64,000 nt of DNA from an uncultured Nitrososphaerota archaeon. Lineage in GTDB: Archaea; Thermoproteota; Nitrososphaeria; Nitrososphaerales; Gagatemarchaeaceae. The position numbers and the translations under genes were made by a program. Positions 21,569 to 29,752 of the stretch are shown in pieces (the stretch's first letter is position 1; each line of letters starts with the position of its first letter). Where the stretch lies: the NCBI GenBank assembly GCA_963703285.1, contig OY969807.1, positions 1,600,001 through 1,664,000 on the forward strand, in the 5' to 3' direction. Under the pieces are notes generated by a model. That model was not told where the DNA came from, made no database searches, and was given only the letters and a program-made list of their open reading frames with translations.

Positions 21569-22522
21569 TTGGCAAAGACGAGGCTCTTCTTTGTTACGGA
21601 CGTCCATGGTTCGGATAGGTGCTTCCGCAAATTCATCAACGCCGGGAAGTTCTACAACGCCGGCGTCCTGGTGCTCGGCGGCGACATAACGGGGAAGATG
21701 ATCGTCCCCATCGTCAAGCAGCCGGATGGGACCAGCAAGGCCGAGTTCGGTGGGACGGAGTACGACCTCAAATCGCAGGATCAGGTGAACGAGACGGTTA
21801 AGACCATTCGGGACTCCGGGTTCTATCCGTACTTGACCGAGCCCAAGGAGGTGGATGAGCTTACGGCGAAGCCTGAGCTCGTAAAGGACTTGTTCAAGAA
21901 GCTCATGAAGGAGAGCATTGACGGCTGGATGAAGCTGGCGGAGGAGAGGTTGAAGGGGACCGGGATCAAGTGTTACGTCTCGCCCGGCAACGACGACTTC
22001 TTCGAGATCGACCAGGCGCTCGACGCCGCGACGTACGTGATCAATCCAGAGGAGAAGACGTTGTACATAGACGACGAGCACGAGATGATAACTTTGGGAT
22101 ACGCCAACCACACCCCCTGGAACAGCCCCAGGGAAGTGGACGAGGACGTGCTTCAGCAGAAGATCGACAGGATGGTAGCTCAGGTCAAGAACATGAAGAC
22201 GACCTTGTTCAACCTGCACGTCCCCCCGATCAACACCGTAATCGACCAGGCACCAAAGCTCGACGAGAACCTGAAGCCGGTCATCTCTGGAGGAAACATG
22301 GTCATGACATCAGCCGGGAGCACCGCCGTGAGGGCAAGCATCGAGAAGTACCAGCCTCTCGCTGGGATACATGGCCACATCCACGAATCGAGGGGGATGG
22401 TGAAGATCGGACAGACGATGTGCTTCAACCCTGGCAGCGAGTACAACTCTGGCATCCTCAAGGGGTTGCTCTGCGACGTCGACAAGGACAAGGTCAAGTC
22501 ATACATGCTGACGTCTGGGTGA
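21569..22522 (+). CDS. Calcineurin-like metallophosphoesterase
   Basis: TDVHGS, GGD, PGNDD, HVPP, GHIHE, NPGS; probable TTG start. Confidence 0.9.
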   Translation: MAKTRLFFVTDVHGSDRCFRKFINAGKFYNAGVLVLGGDITGKMIVPIVKQPDGTSKAEFGGTEYDLKSQDQVNETVKTIRDSGFYPYLTEPKEVDELTAKPELVKDLFKKLMKESIDGWMKLAEERLKGTGIKCYVSPGNDDFFEIDQALDAATYVINPEEKTLYIDDEHEMITLGYANHTPWNSPREVDEDVLQQKIDRMVAQVKNMKTTLFNLHVPPINTVIDQAPKLDENLKPVISGGNMVMTSAGSTAVRASIEKYQPLAGIHGHIHESRGMVKIGQTMCFNPGSEYNSGILKGLLCDVDKDKVKSYMLTSG

Positions 22523-22600
22523 AGACGAGCTACGAAGGCTTTAGACGCGTGGCTTGGCCTATGGTTGGACAGTCGCCAATCTAACTGAAAGAGAGTGAAG

Positions 22601-22720
22601 AGCCACGGGAGGGATTCCCCACCGCTATGCAACCTTCTCGTTACGTTGCATCTCGTGATTTTTGGGCCCTCGACCACCTGCTTACAAGGCAGGTGCTCTA
22701 CCAGGCTGAGCTACCGTGGC
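22601..22720 (-). tRNA. tRNA-Thr(TGT) with a 46-nt T-loop intron (best fit 59/60) and atypical T-loop CCCAAAT
   Basis: Acceptor GCCACGG/CCGTGGC, D-arm TAGCTCAGCCTGGTAGAGC, CCTGC-CTTGTAA-GCAGG, T-stem GAGGG/CCCTC; mature length 74 nt. Confidence 0.85.
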
Positions 22721-23139
22721 GCGCTCTCATACTGCTCAAAATTGTCCTTATCTTCTTTGTCCCTCGAACGGGCCATCAGGTCTAACGCCAACATCTTGAT
22801 GAAGGTACCGAACTCCTCGTCGTGCATCTCCACCTGATCGACGAACTGAGCGTCCTTTGCCATCTCGTAGGCTAACAGGTGGTAGCATGTGAGGTCCCTT
22901 CCTCCGAGGACCCTGAAGAAGAAGTGCCTGCAGGAGCAGAAGGGTTTGTCCGGGTCGATGAACTCGTCGCCGCTCCGGCCGACCACGGTCAGCAAGACCC
23001 TGCCGCTGGGGAGGAAGAGTTGCTTCTTGACGCATCCGTCGCTGACGGCCTCCGCGGCCCTCCTCAGGTGGGTCTGGTGATTGGAGAGGTGGACGAAGCG
23101 GGAGGCGAGCTCGTCCGCGCTTGGTCTTGACGTCGCCAT
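22711..23139 (-). CDS. SWIM zinc-finger protein
   Basis: FCSC...TCYHLL (CxC-xn-CxH); stop overlaps the tRNA 5' end. Confidence 0.75.
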   Translation of the reverse strand: MATSRPSADELASRFVHLSNHQTHLRRAAEAVSDGCVKKQLFLPSGRVLLTVVGRSGDEFIDPDKPFCSCRHFFFRVLGGRDLTCYHLLAYEMAKDAQFVDQVEMHDEEFGTFIKMLALDLMARSRDKEDKDNFEQYESAPR

Positions 23140-23144
23140 CTCCC

Positions 23145-24233
23145 TCAGCCCAAGAACTCGGCGAGGGAGCTCTGTTCCCTCGATTCTTCGAAGTCCCCGA
23201 CCCTGACACCCACTCGCCTCAGCTCGCCCGTCTCCCCGACGAGAGAGGCCAGTAGTTCAGACGCCGCCAGGTTCAAAGTCGAAGATTCGCTGGTTGGCGT
23301 CTCCAAGGTCTTCGTGCGGGTCCTGATGGACAGGTCCCTCAATATGCCGATGACCGAGACGGACCTGAAGAACAGTCCGTTCTCGACCACCCTCCTGTGA
23401 ACGTCTCCGAGCGCGGGTGCGAGTTGTGAGAGAATCTCTCCCGTGTCGCGCGAGTCCCTCTTGAGCGTGATTATCCTGCTAATCTGTGTCGCAGGGCCTC
23501 TCTCACGCACGGGTTCCTCATCCTCACCGTTGCTGGCGTTGTGAAGGTAGACTCCCAGCTTGTTCCCGAAGACGTCGCCCAGCTCGGACGCTTGCTTTCT
23601 TGCGAGGTCTCCAATCGTCACCACCCCGATCTCCCGCAGCGATTTTGCCGTCTTGGCGCCTATCCCATAGAGCTTGTTGACGGGCATCGGCTCCATGAAG
23701 CTCCTCAGCTCGCCGGGTGTGACTACGGTAAGTCCGTCGGGTTTCTTGAAGTCGGAGGCGAGCTTGGCGACGACTTTGTTGGGTGCGACCCCCACAGAAC
23801 AGGTCAGCTTCTCGCGCTGCAGCATCTGGAGTTTTATTCCGGAAGCTATCTCGGCGCCTGCCTCGAAACTGCCGCCGGACCTCCTCGTGATGTCGAAGAA
23901 AGCCTCGTCTATACCTGTCTGCTCCATCACGTCCACGTTCTCTCGCAGAATCTCCATCACCCTCACAGAGTAGGATTCGTACTTCTCACGATTCATAGGT
24001 ATAAACGCAGCTTCGATCCCTGCTAGGTGCTTCTTGGCGAGCGCGATGGGGATTCCCGAATGGATTCCCAGCTCTCTCGCCTTGTAGTTGGCGGTGCTTA
24101 CGACCCCGCTGTCATCCGTGCGGCCGGAGTAGACACAGACCAGCACCGGCATGTTCCTCAGAGAACCGTTCTCGAGCTCCTCGACCTGCGCGTAGAAGTA
24201 ATCCATGTCGAGATGGCCCACCAATCGGGACAA
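23145..24233 (-). CDS. dinB: Y-family DNA polymerase IV (DinB/Dpo4)
   Basis: HLDMDYFYAQVE, STANYKAR, GIDEAFFD, AKLASDFKKPDG, GIG HhH. Confidence 0.95.
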   Translation of the reverse strand: MSRLVGHLDMDYFYAQVEELENGSLRNMPVLVCVYSGRTDDSGVVSTANYKARELGIHSGIPIALAKKHLAGIEAAFIPMNREKYESYSVRVMEILRENVDVMEQTGIDEAFFDITRRSGGSFEAGAEIASGIKLQMLQREKLTCSVGVAPNKVVAKLASDFKKPDGLTVVTPGELRSFMEPMPVNKLYGIGAKTAKSLREIGVVTIGDLARKQASELGDVFGNKLGVYLHNASNGEDEEPVRERGPATQISRIITLKRDSRDTGEILSQLAPALGDVHRRVVENGLFFRSVSVIGILRDLSIRTRTKTLETPTSESSTLNLAASELLASLVGETGELRRVGVRVGDFEESREQSSLAEFLG

Positions 24234-24279
24234 ACCTCGGCAAGTGCCTCCGCGTTCGATTTAAGGGTGTTATGTTTGA

Positions 24280-24403
24280 TGGGGTCGGCCGGATTTGAAC
24301 CGGCGCTCTCAAGCGGTCCCGAGACAGACTGCGGACAATCTGTCTCTTCCCGAGGCATCTTCCGATTCCGTTTGAAGCCTGGACCAGACTAGCCGACGAC
24401 CCC
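24280..24403 (-). tRNA. tRNA-Pro(CGG) with two introns (~29/30, 15 nt; 37/38, 33 nt)
   Basis: Acceptor GGGGTCG/CGACCCC-A, reconstructed CAAGC-CTCGGGC-GCTTG, GGTTCAAATCC; mature length 76 nt. Confidence 0.88.
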
Positions 24404-24510
24404 AGCAGGCAGACCTCTGCCGAAGCTTGTATCTCAATCTTTGGTTGGTCAGACCGCTCTCACTCGTGACTACGTAGGCGTTATAAGCAAGGGGCTTTAC
24501 GGTCGGGCCC

Positions 24511-24813
24511 ATGCCGGAAGGTACGAAGATGGTAATCGTCGGCCAATCCAAACCACTCCTCAACTACGTCACGGCGTGCATAACCATGTTCAACGGAGGC
24601 GCTGAGCATGTGGTACTCCGCTCCAGGGGCGAGGCCATAAACATGGCAGTGGACGTCACACAGCTTCTCAGGAAGAGATTCTTCAGCCAGGTGCAGATCT
24701 CCAAGATCCAAATCGACGGCGAGAACGTCGTCGCGAGGGATGGCAGACAGCTCAATCTTCCGGTCCTAGAAATCGAGTTGTCGATGCCAAAGGCACGAAC
24801 GACGACCGCCTGA
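24511..24813 (+). CDS. albA: DNA/RNA-binding protein Alba
   Basis: VGQSKPLLNYV, RSRGEAINMAVDV, LEIEL. Confidence 0.9.
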   Translation: MPEGTKMVIVGQSKPLLNYVTACITMFNGGAEHVVLRSRGEAINMAVDVTQLLRKRFFSQVQISKIQIDGENVVARDGRQLNLPVLEIELSMPKARTTTA

Positions 24814-24905
24814 CCCCTCCTCTTGGCCGAATGAGCGGTTACGCGTAGGGCGACCGTCCTTGCCATCAAGAGAGCCCTCTCGCGAGATTGACGCCTCAAT
24901 GGGAG

Positions 24906-26087
24906 ATGACACTAACGTACGACTTTGATTCGCTTCTCGACGAGATTCTGAGGAGCAGGCCCGAGCTAACGCGGGATCAGATACTCGAGAAAATCCAGGA
25001 GAAGAAGCGGGACGTTGGGGCCGGATTCCTGACCGACCAAGGTGCGCTCTTCTTGATAGCGGGGGAGCTTGGTGTCCAGCTGAGGCAGATGACCTCGACG
25101 GATTTGACACTGAAGGACATCTACGTGGGGGCTAACGACATCACGATTGTCGCCAGGGTCTTGGCCGTCTATCCCGTGAGCGAATACACCAAGAAGGACG
25201 GCGGCGTTGGGAGGTACAGGAGGCTCGGCCTCTTTGACAGGAACAATGTGGGGAGGCTCACAATCTGGGACGACAACCAGGACGCCATCAAACTCGAAGG
25301 GATAACCGTAGACACGCCGGTAAGGATATCCAACGCCTATGTGAGGGCCGGACTGGACGGAAAACCGAACCTGAATCTGGGTAAGAGGGGCAAGATTGAG
25401 GTCCTCGATGATGAGAGCTTGGTATCGCGGCTGGTGCCTCTCTCGAAACTGGTAAAGAGGGTTGACGAGGTTGAGGATGATGATCAGAGCGTTGCTGCGG
25501 TCGGTGGTACTGTCTACTCTGCGAGCAGATTCTCCAGCTTCACCAGGAGCGATGGTTCGGGTGGATCACTGACGCAGTTTGAACTCACCGGTGAAGAGGG
25601 GAAGGGAAGAATCAGGGTGGTGGTGTGGAATCCCGTCTCAATTGAGGCCAAGGCCGGTCAGAGCGTCATGGTTACCAACCTGAGGGTGCGGAAGAGCACG
25701 AACGGCGAGCGAGAACTTCACGGGGACAGCGGGAGCATTGTACGGGCCCTCGGTTCAGAACCCGAATCTAGCCGAACGCTCGTCAAGGTGAACCGGGTGA
25801 AGGACCTGGCCGGACGCGTCAACCTAGAGGTGATGGCGCTCTCGAAGGCGAGTACGCACGATGCGTCTATGAGTGACGGCTCGAGCGTGAAGAAGGCGGA
25901 GATGATTATTGGGGACGATACGGGCGAGATAACTCTCGTCGGCTGGAGGGATTCGGCCGATAGGCTGGTCGAAATCGAGGTGGGTCAGAAGATTAGAGTT
26001 CTGGGTGTTACTAGGCAGGTCTCGAAGATGGGTATGGTCATCCTAGAGTTGGAAGATGCGTCTCTGATTGAGAAGGTTCTAGGCTAG
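24906..26087 (+). CDS. Replication protein A / OB-fold ssDNA-binding protein
   Basis: N-terminal GFLTDQGALFLIA and repeated OB folds (LTIWD, VVVWN, GDDTGEITLVGW). Confidence 0.85.
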   Translation: MTLTYDFDSLLDEILRSRPELTRDQILEKIQEKKRDVGAGFLTDQGALFLIAGELGVQLRQMTSTDLTLKDIYVGANDITIVARVLAVYPVSEYTKKDGGVGRYRRLGLFDRNNVGRLTIWDDNQDAIKLEGITVDTPVRISNAYVRAGLDGKPNLNLGKRGKIEVLDDESLVSRLVPLSKLVKRVDEVEDDDQSVAAVGGTVYSASRFSSFTRSDGSGGSLTQFELTGEEGKGRIRVVVWNPVSIEAKAGQSVMVTNLRVRKSTNGERELHGDSGSIVRALGSEPESSRTLVKVNRVKDLAGRVNLEVMALSKASTHDASMSDGSSVKKAEMIIGDDTGEITLVGWRDSADRLVEIEVGQKIRVLGVTRQVSKMGMVILELEDASLIEKVLG

Positions 26088-26224
26088 CTCTGGTTCTGAC
26101 TCTTCGGCCTTCTCAAGACTTCGTACTCGTAAACGAAGATTACAATCAGCGCAACGACGAAGAGTGCGATCATGATACCGTCGATGAAGTTGTAGTAACT
26201 GGTAGCGTCGAGAGTCGGTATCAT
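26084..26224 (-). CDS. Small single-TM membrane protein (46 aa)
   Basis: Manual translation MIPTLDATSYYNFIDGIMIALFVVALIVIFVYEYEVLRRPKSQNQS; TATA-like CTTATA about 30 nt upstream. Confidence 0.55.
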   Translation of the reverse strand: MIPTLDATSYYNFIDGIMIALFVVALIVIFVYEYEVLRRPKSQNQS

Positions 26225-26357
26225 CGCTGATTTTGCGGTCGAGATTAGTATGGTATAAGTTTTCTGAATGCAAGGGAGGTTGTGGCTGAACGCAACTGCG
26301 TCGACTGCCGAGATTCCTTTTGCAGTAATTGCACGGAATCAGGATTGAGAAAGTGAG

Positions 26358-26489
26358 TGCCGGGGGCGGGATTCTCGCGTTCCGCATTTCGAGCCCGCGA
26401 CCTCCGGATTTCGCATCCGAGCTTGGGATTATGAGTTTCGCCCACCTGAGGCGTGCCCGGCGCAATGAGCCAAGCTATGCTACCCCGGC
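26358..26489 (-). tRNA. Elongator tRNA-Met(CAT) with three introns (30/31, 20 nt; 37/38, 20 nt; 59/60, 16 nt)
   Basis: Acceptor GCCGGGG/CCCCGGC-A, reconstructed CCGGA-CTCATAA-TCCGG, T-stem GCGGG/CCCGC; BHB helices CGCC/GGCG and CTCG/CGAG; mature length 76 nt. Confidence 0.9.
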
Positions 26490-26535
26490 ACGCACGCAAA
26501 CAAAATGAGAGGTGATTTAAGTTGCACTGCGCTTG

Positions 26536-26609
26536 CGTGCGCTTAGGCCCCGAGGGAGGGCAGGGCGGCCACCGCCGATGCGATGTGTGGTCGCGGTTCT
26601 CGCATGACA
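26536..26609 (+). ncRNA. Candidate H/ACA-like guide RNA
   Basis: Basal stem CGTGCG/CGCATG immediately followed by ACA, upper stem GCGGCCAC/GTGGTCGC, GA-containing apical loop; lies between two divergent tRNA genes. Confidence 0.35.
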
Positions 26610-26658
26610 AGACTACCAAACACTAAAGAATCTCATTTTGCGGTGCCATGGCACCTAC

Positions 26659-26745
26659 GCCTCGGTAGCTCAGCCTGGTAGAGCACTGCCTTGGTAAGGA
26701 AATCCAGAGAGGCAGGGGTCCCGGGATCAAATCCCGGCCGAGGCT
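26659..26745 (+). tRNA. tRNA-Thr(GGT) with a 13-nt intron at 37/38
   Basis: GCCTCGG/CCGAGGC, CTGCC-TTGGTAA-GGCAG after removing AGGAAATCCAGAG; T-loop ATCAAAT; mature length 74 nt. Confidence 0.92.
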
Positions 26746-26811
26746 CCTAATCATCCCAGCTGCTTTCTCTCCCGAACGCTTTTAGTGAACGGGCGCTCCA
26801 CCTGTGTCGGA

Positions 26812-27198
26812 ATGAACAAGAAGGAACTCGCGTTTCTCAAGAAGCGGGAGCTCTGCAGGATGGCGACTGTATCGAGCGACGGCATGCCGCACGTAATCCC
26901 CGTGATGTATGCCATGGATGGGGAGAAGGTCATCGTCGCCATTGATTACCACACAAAGAAGCTCAAGAACCTGAAGGAGAATCCCAAGGTCTCGCTCGTA
27001 GTTGATGATTACGAACCAAACAGGGCGGTCTTCATCCAGGGGACGTCTACAATCCTTGAAAGGGGTCCAGAGTATCTCCGCCTCCTCAACCTCCTCTTCA
27101 AGAGGTTCGAAGTATACCGGAAGAACCCGTGGGGTGAAGGGGAATCACCAATTCTCACGATAACGCCCCTCAAGGTCGTCAGCTGGGGGTTGCGTTAG
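26812..27198 (+). CDS. Pyridoxamine 5'-phosphate oxidase family flavin-binding protein
   Basis: MATVSSDGMPHVIPV, KLKNLKENPKVSLVVD. Confidence 0.88.
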   Translation: MNKKELAFLKKRELCRMATVSSDGMPHVIPVMYAMDGEKVIVAIDYHTKKLKNLKENPKVSLVVDDYEPNRAVFIQGTSTILERGPEYLRLLNLLFKRFEVYRKNPWGEGESPILTITPLKVVSWGLR

Positions 27199-27268
27199 CC
27201 GACCGAGTTTGGGCCGAAACAAAGAATCGGATTGCTTTAAAACGGGTTTCTCGGGCAAAGGCTCGTCT

Positions 27269-27353
27269 GCGGGGGTCGCCCAGCCTGGTCAACGGCGCGA
27301 GGCTCAGGACCTCGTCCCTTAGGGGTTCGTGGGTTCGAATCCCACCCCCCGCA
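27269..27353 (+). tRNA. tRNA-Leu(CAG), intron-free; integration target
   Basis: GCGGGGG/CCCCCGC-A, CGAGG-CTCAGGA-CCTCG, long variable arm, GTTCGAAT; 85 nt. Confidence 0.95.
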
Positions 27354-27362
27354 CCTTATGCC

Positions 27363-28601
27363 ATGAGTCAGAATCTCCGACCGTTAAATGCAGGTCTCCT
27401 CCAATACGGCATGAAGGACGCAATCAGGGAAGTTTACGATTACGAGGGGCACCTCTCAAACGCGGAGAAGCGCCTGGACGAGTCGGAATCAGTTTGCAAC
27501 GAAGACAAGGAGACGATCAGGAGATTTGTCCAGCATCTCAGGGCGCAGGGCGTATCGACAGGAAGGCTCGCCAAGTATACCTACCATCTGAAGAACGCAA
27601 TCGAGCGCCTCGGAACGAGCGTCAAGCTAGCCAAGCGGCCAGACATCGAGCGACTAGTCTCATGGTTGCAACACGACTCGGGCTATACTCCGCACACGGT
27701 CTCAGATTACCTCTTCGCGATAAAGAGGTTCTTCAAGTTCGCCAGATACGGGAACGTGGACAGAGAGACGCCCTATCCAGAGGAAGTAAGGTGGATTAGG
27801 ACGGCGATGAAGGCGAACGAGAGAAAGGAACCTCTTTTCTTCACTAGCGAGGAAATCGAGACCATGATCAAGGCGGCGATCAGTCTAAGGGACAAGGCGA
27901 TGCTGGCTGTCGGATATGAGGCAGGGCTTCGCGCCACAGAACTGCTCACCCTGAACGTCGGAAGCTTGGTCTTTGACGACAGGGGCGCTAGGCTGCACAT
28001 CGAGAGGGGGAAGACGGGAAGCAGGGTAGTCAGACTGATAACATCGGTGAGTCTGCTCGCTCGATACCTAGAGGTTCACCCTCTCAGGAAAGAGCCATCT
28101 TCTCCTCTTTGGCTTACGGAGAGCACCAACTACATGAACCATCGGTTGAGCTGGATCAGGTGGAATCGCTGCTTGAAGCAGGTAGCGCAGCGCGCTGGAG
28201 TGAAGAAGAGGGTCTTCAACCATATGCTGAGGCATGGTTCTGCTACGAGAAACGCCAAGTTCCTCACAGACTCGGAACTCAAGCTGATGTATGGGTGGTC
28301 GATGAGCAGCAAGATGCCCGCTGTATACGTTCATCTCTCTGGTAGAGACTTAGACGACAAACTTACCGCGATCTATACTGGCGAGAGAATAGAACCTATC
28401 AAGCCAGACTTTGCACCAGTGATCTGTCCTCGCTGCAACGAGAAGGCTTCGAGAGGTATGGTGTTCTGTCCGAAGTGTGCCACCCCTCTCGACCCAAGGG
28501 AAAGGAGCAAGATGACTGTGGAGGATGAGGGCGCGAAGAACGAGTTGAGGGAACTCAGGAAGCTCGTCGAGAAGTATCTAGCTGGCCCTCAAGCCTCTTG
28601 A
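27363..28601 (+). CDS. Tyrosine recombinase/integrase with C-terminal zinc ribbon
   Basis: GLRATEL (R), GKT (K), HMLRH (HxxR), YGW, VYVHL (Y), CPRC...CPKC. Confidence 0.95.
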   Translation: MSQNLRPLNAGLLQYGMKDAIREVYDYEGHLSNAEKRLDESESVCNEDKETIRRFVQHLRAQGVSTGRLAKYTYHLKNAIERLGTSVKLAKRPDIERLVSWLQHDSGYTPHTVSDYLFAIKRFFKFARYGNVDRETPYPEEVRWIRTAMKANERKEPLFFTSEEIETMIKAAISLRDKAMLAVGYEAGLRATELLTLNVGSLVFDDRGARLHIERGKTGSRVVRLITSVSLLARYLEVHPLRKEPSSPLWLTESTNYMNHRLSWIRWNRCLKQVAQRAGVKKRVFNHMLRHGSATRNAKFLTDSELKLMYGWSMSSKMPAVYVHLSGRDLDDKLTAIYTGERIEPIKPDFAPVICPRCNEKASRGMVFCPKCATPLDPRERSKMTVEDEGAKNELRELRKLVEKYLAGPQAS

Positions 28602-28680
28602 TTATGGCAAGAATCTGCTCCATGTCTTCCCTTCTTACGAGCACGAACTCATCTTTTGAGACGGTCTTCGATTGACTCAT
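28555..28680 (-). CDS. Small hypothetical protein (41 aa) convergent with the integrase
   Basis: Manual translation MSQSKTVSKDEFVLVRREDMEQILAIIKRLEGQLDTSRRAS; TTTAAG about 25 nt upstream. Confidence 0.35.
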   Translation of the reverse strand: MSQSKTVSKDEFVLVRREDMEQILAIIKRLEGQLDTSRRAS

Positions 28681-28713
28681 GCCAGACTTGGCGATGGCAG
28701 CTTAAAACACAGG

Positions 28714-29628
28714 CTATGAGTTGCCTACCCCTAGAGCCTGCGCTACCTTCTTCCTGAGGCCGTCCACCTCGCTGCTCGACTGCTCCAGCGCGCGTCTTAT
28801 CTTCTCGCGTTCTTCCTTAGCCCGCTCCTCCGACTCCCGCCATGCGCCCCAGTCGATCTCTTCCTCAACTGCGTCCCTGACCCACTGTGCTAGCGCGTTC
28901 GGTGGAACGGCGTCGAGCTCCCAGCACTCGTCCCCATACTTTGCGGTGTACTCTCGGGCTCTCGAATCTGCTTTCTTGGTCGGGTTCGGCGGGAGCGCCA
29001 ATTCTCTTACCTGCTCGATTCCGAGGGCTATCCTTTTTACGACTAGTCCCCCGTTGTTGGTGCCAGAGTATCCGTCGAGCCTCGAACTCAAATCTCTCGA
29101 CATGTCGAGCCCGCTCGGGTCGTGGTCTCCGAAGTGCAGGATGACTATGTTCTTGCGCCGCGGGAACCTTTCCAGTGCCTCCATGACCTTGGTATAGCTG
29201 CTGTATCCCCGTGAAGGGAAAACCACGATTCGGTATTGCTTTACCGCCCTCTCGAAGAGGGTGCTGAGGGCGTCCTTCTCGACCCAGACCTCGACGTGGC
29301 TGGGCTGGCTTTCCCAGTATGACTTGTCGTAGTATCGCTCGTTAAGCTCCCGAAAGAGCCAGTCTACATATCCCTCTGGAGAGTCGAAAACGTTCTTCTC
29401 TCCTCCCAGTATGCTCCTCGCCCTGTCTTCGATTCTCCTCCAGTCCACCTCCTTCCTTTCCCTCGCCTTCGTGAGAATCTTGTCGAACGTCTTGTAGTTG
29501 GTCGCGGTGTTCGGAAAGAGTTGATAGGGCGGTGAGATGAGACGGTAGTAGACCTGCCTTACCGTCAGGCGGTAGGCGTATTCTCCGAGGATGTGTTTTG
29601 TCGCCTCGACGACTTCTGCGTATCTCAT
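28714..29628 (-). CDS. Top6A/Spo11-like wHTH-TOPRIM protein
   Basis: LTVRQVYYRL (wHTH with Tyr), VEVWVEKDAL, SRGY, GDHDPSG (DxD), ELDA; ATG at 29628 or 29634. Confidence 0.75.
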   Translation of the reverse strand: MRYAEVVEATKHILGEYAYRLTVRQVYYRLISPPYQLFPNTATNYKTFDKILTKARERKEVDWRRIEDRARSILGGEKNVFDSPEGYVDWLFRELNERYYDKSYWESQPSHVEVWVEKDALSTLFERAVKQYRIVVFPSRGYSSYTKVMEALERFPRRKNIVILHFGDHDPSGLDMSRDLSSRLDGYSGTNNGGLVVKRIALGIEQVRELALPPNPTKKADSRAREYTAKYGDECWELDAVPPNALAQWVRDAVEEEIDWGAWRESEERAKEEREKIRRALEQSSSEVDGLRKKVAQALGVGNS

Positions 29629-29752
29629 ACCCATACAGGATGAATGAGTATTTAACGGGAGCCGAGTCATGCAGGTCAAGTCCCCCAATCGTCACTGCTT
29701 TTTGCTCACCACTCTGCTCCTTGCGTTATAAGCAACGGCCTGCTCGGAGGGC

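Noticed and set aside
26358-26489. CAT-anticodon tRNA as initiator Met or Ile2
   Set aside because: G1-C72 acceptor GCCGGGG fits elongator Met; it lacks A1-U72 and the Ile-type GGGCCC stem
26250-26500. GC-rich structured segment as RNase P or SRP RNA
   Set aside because: Fully explained as a triple-intron tRNA-Met
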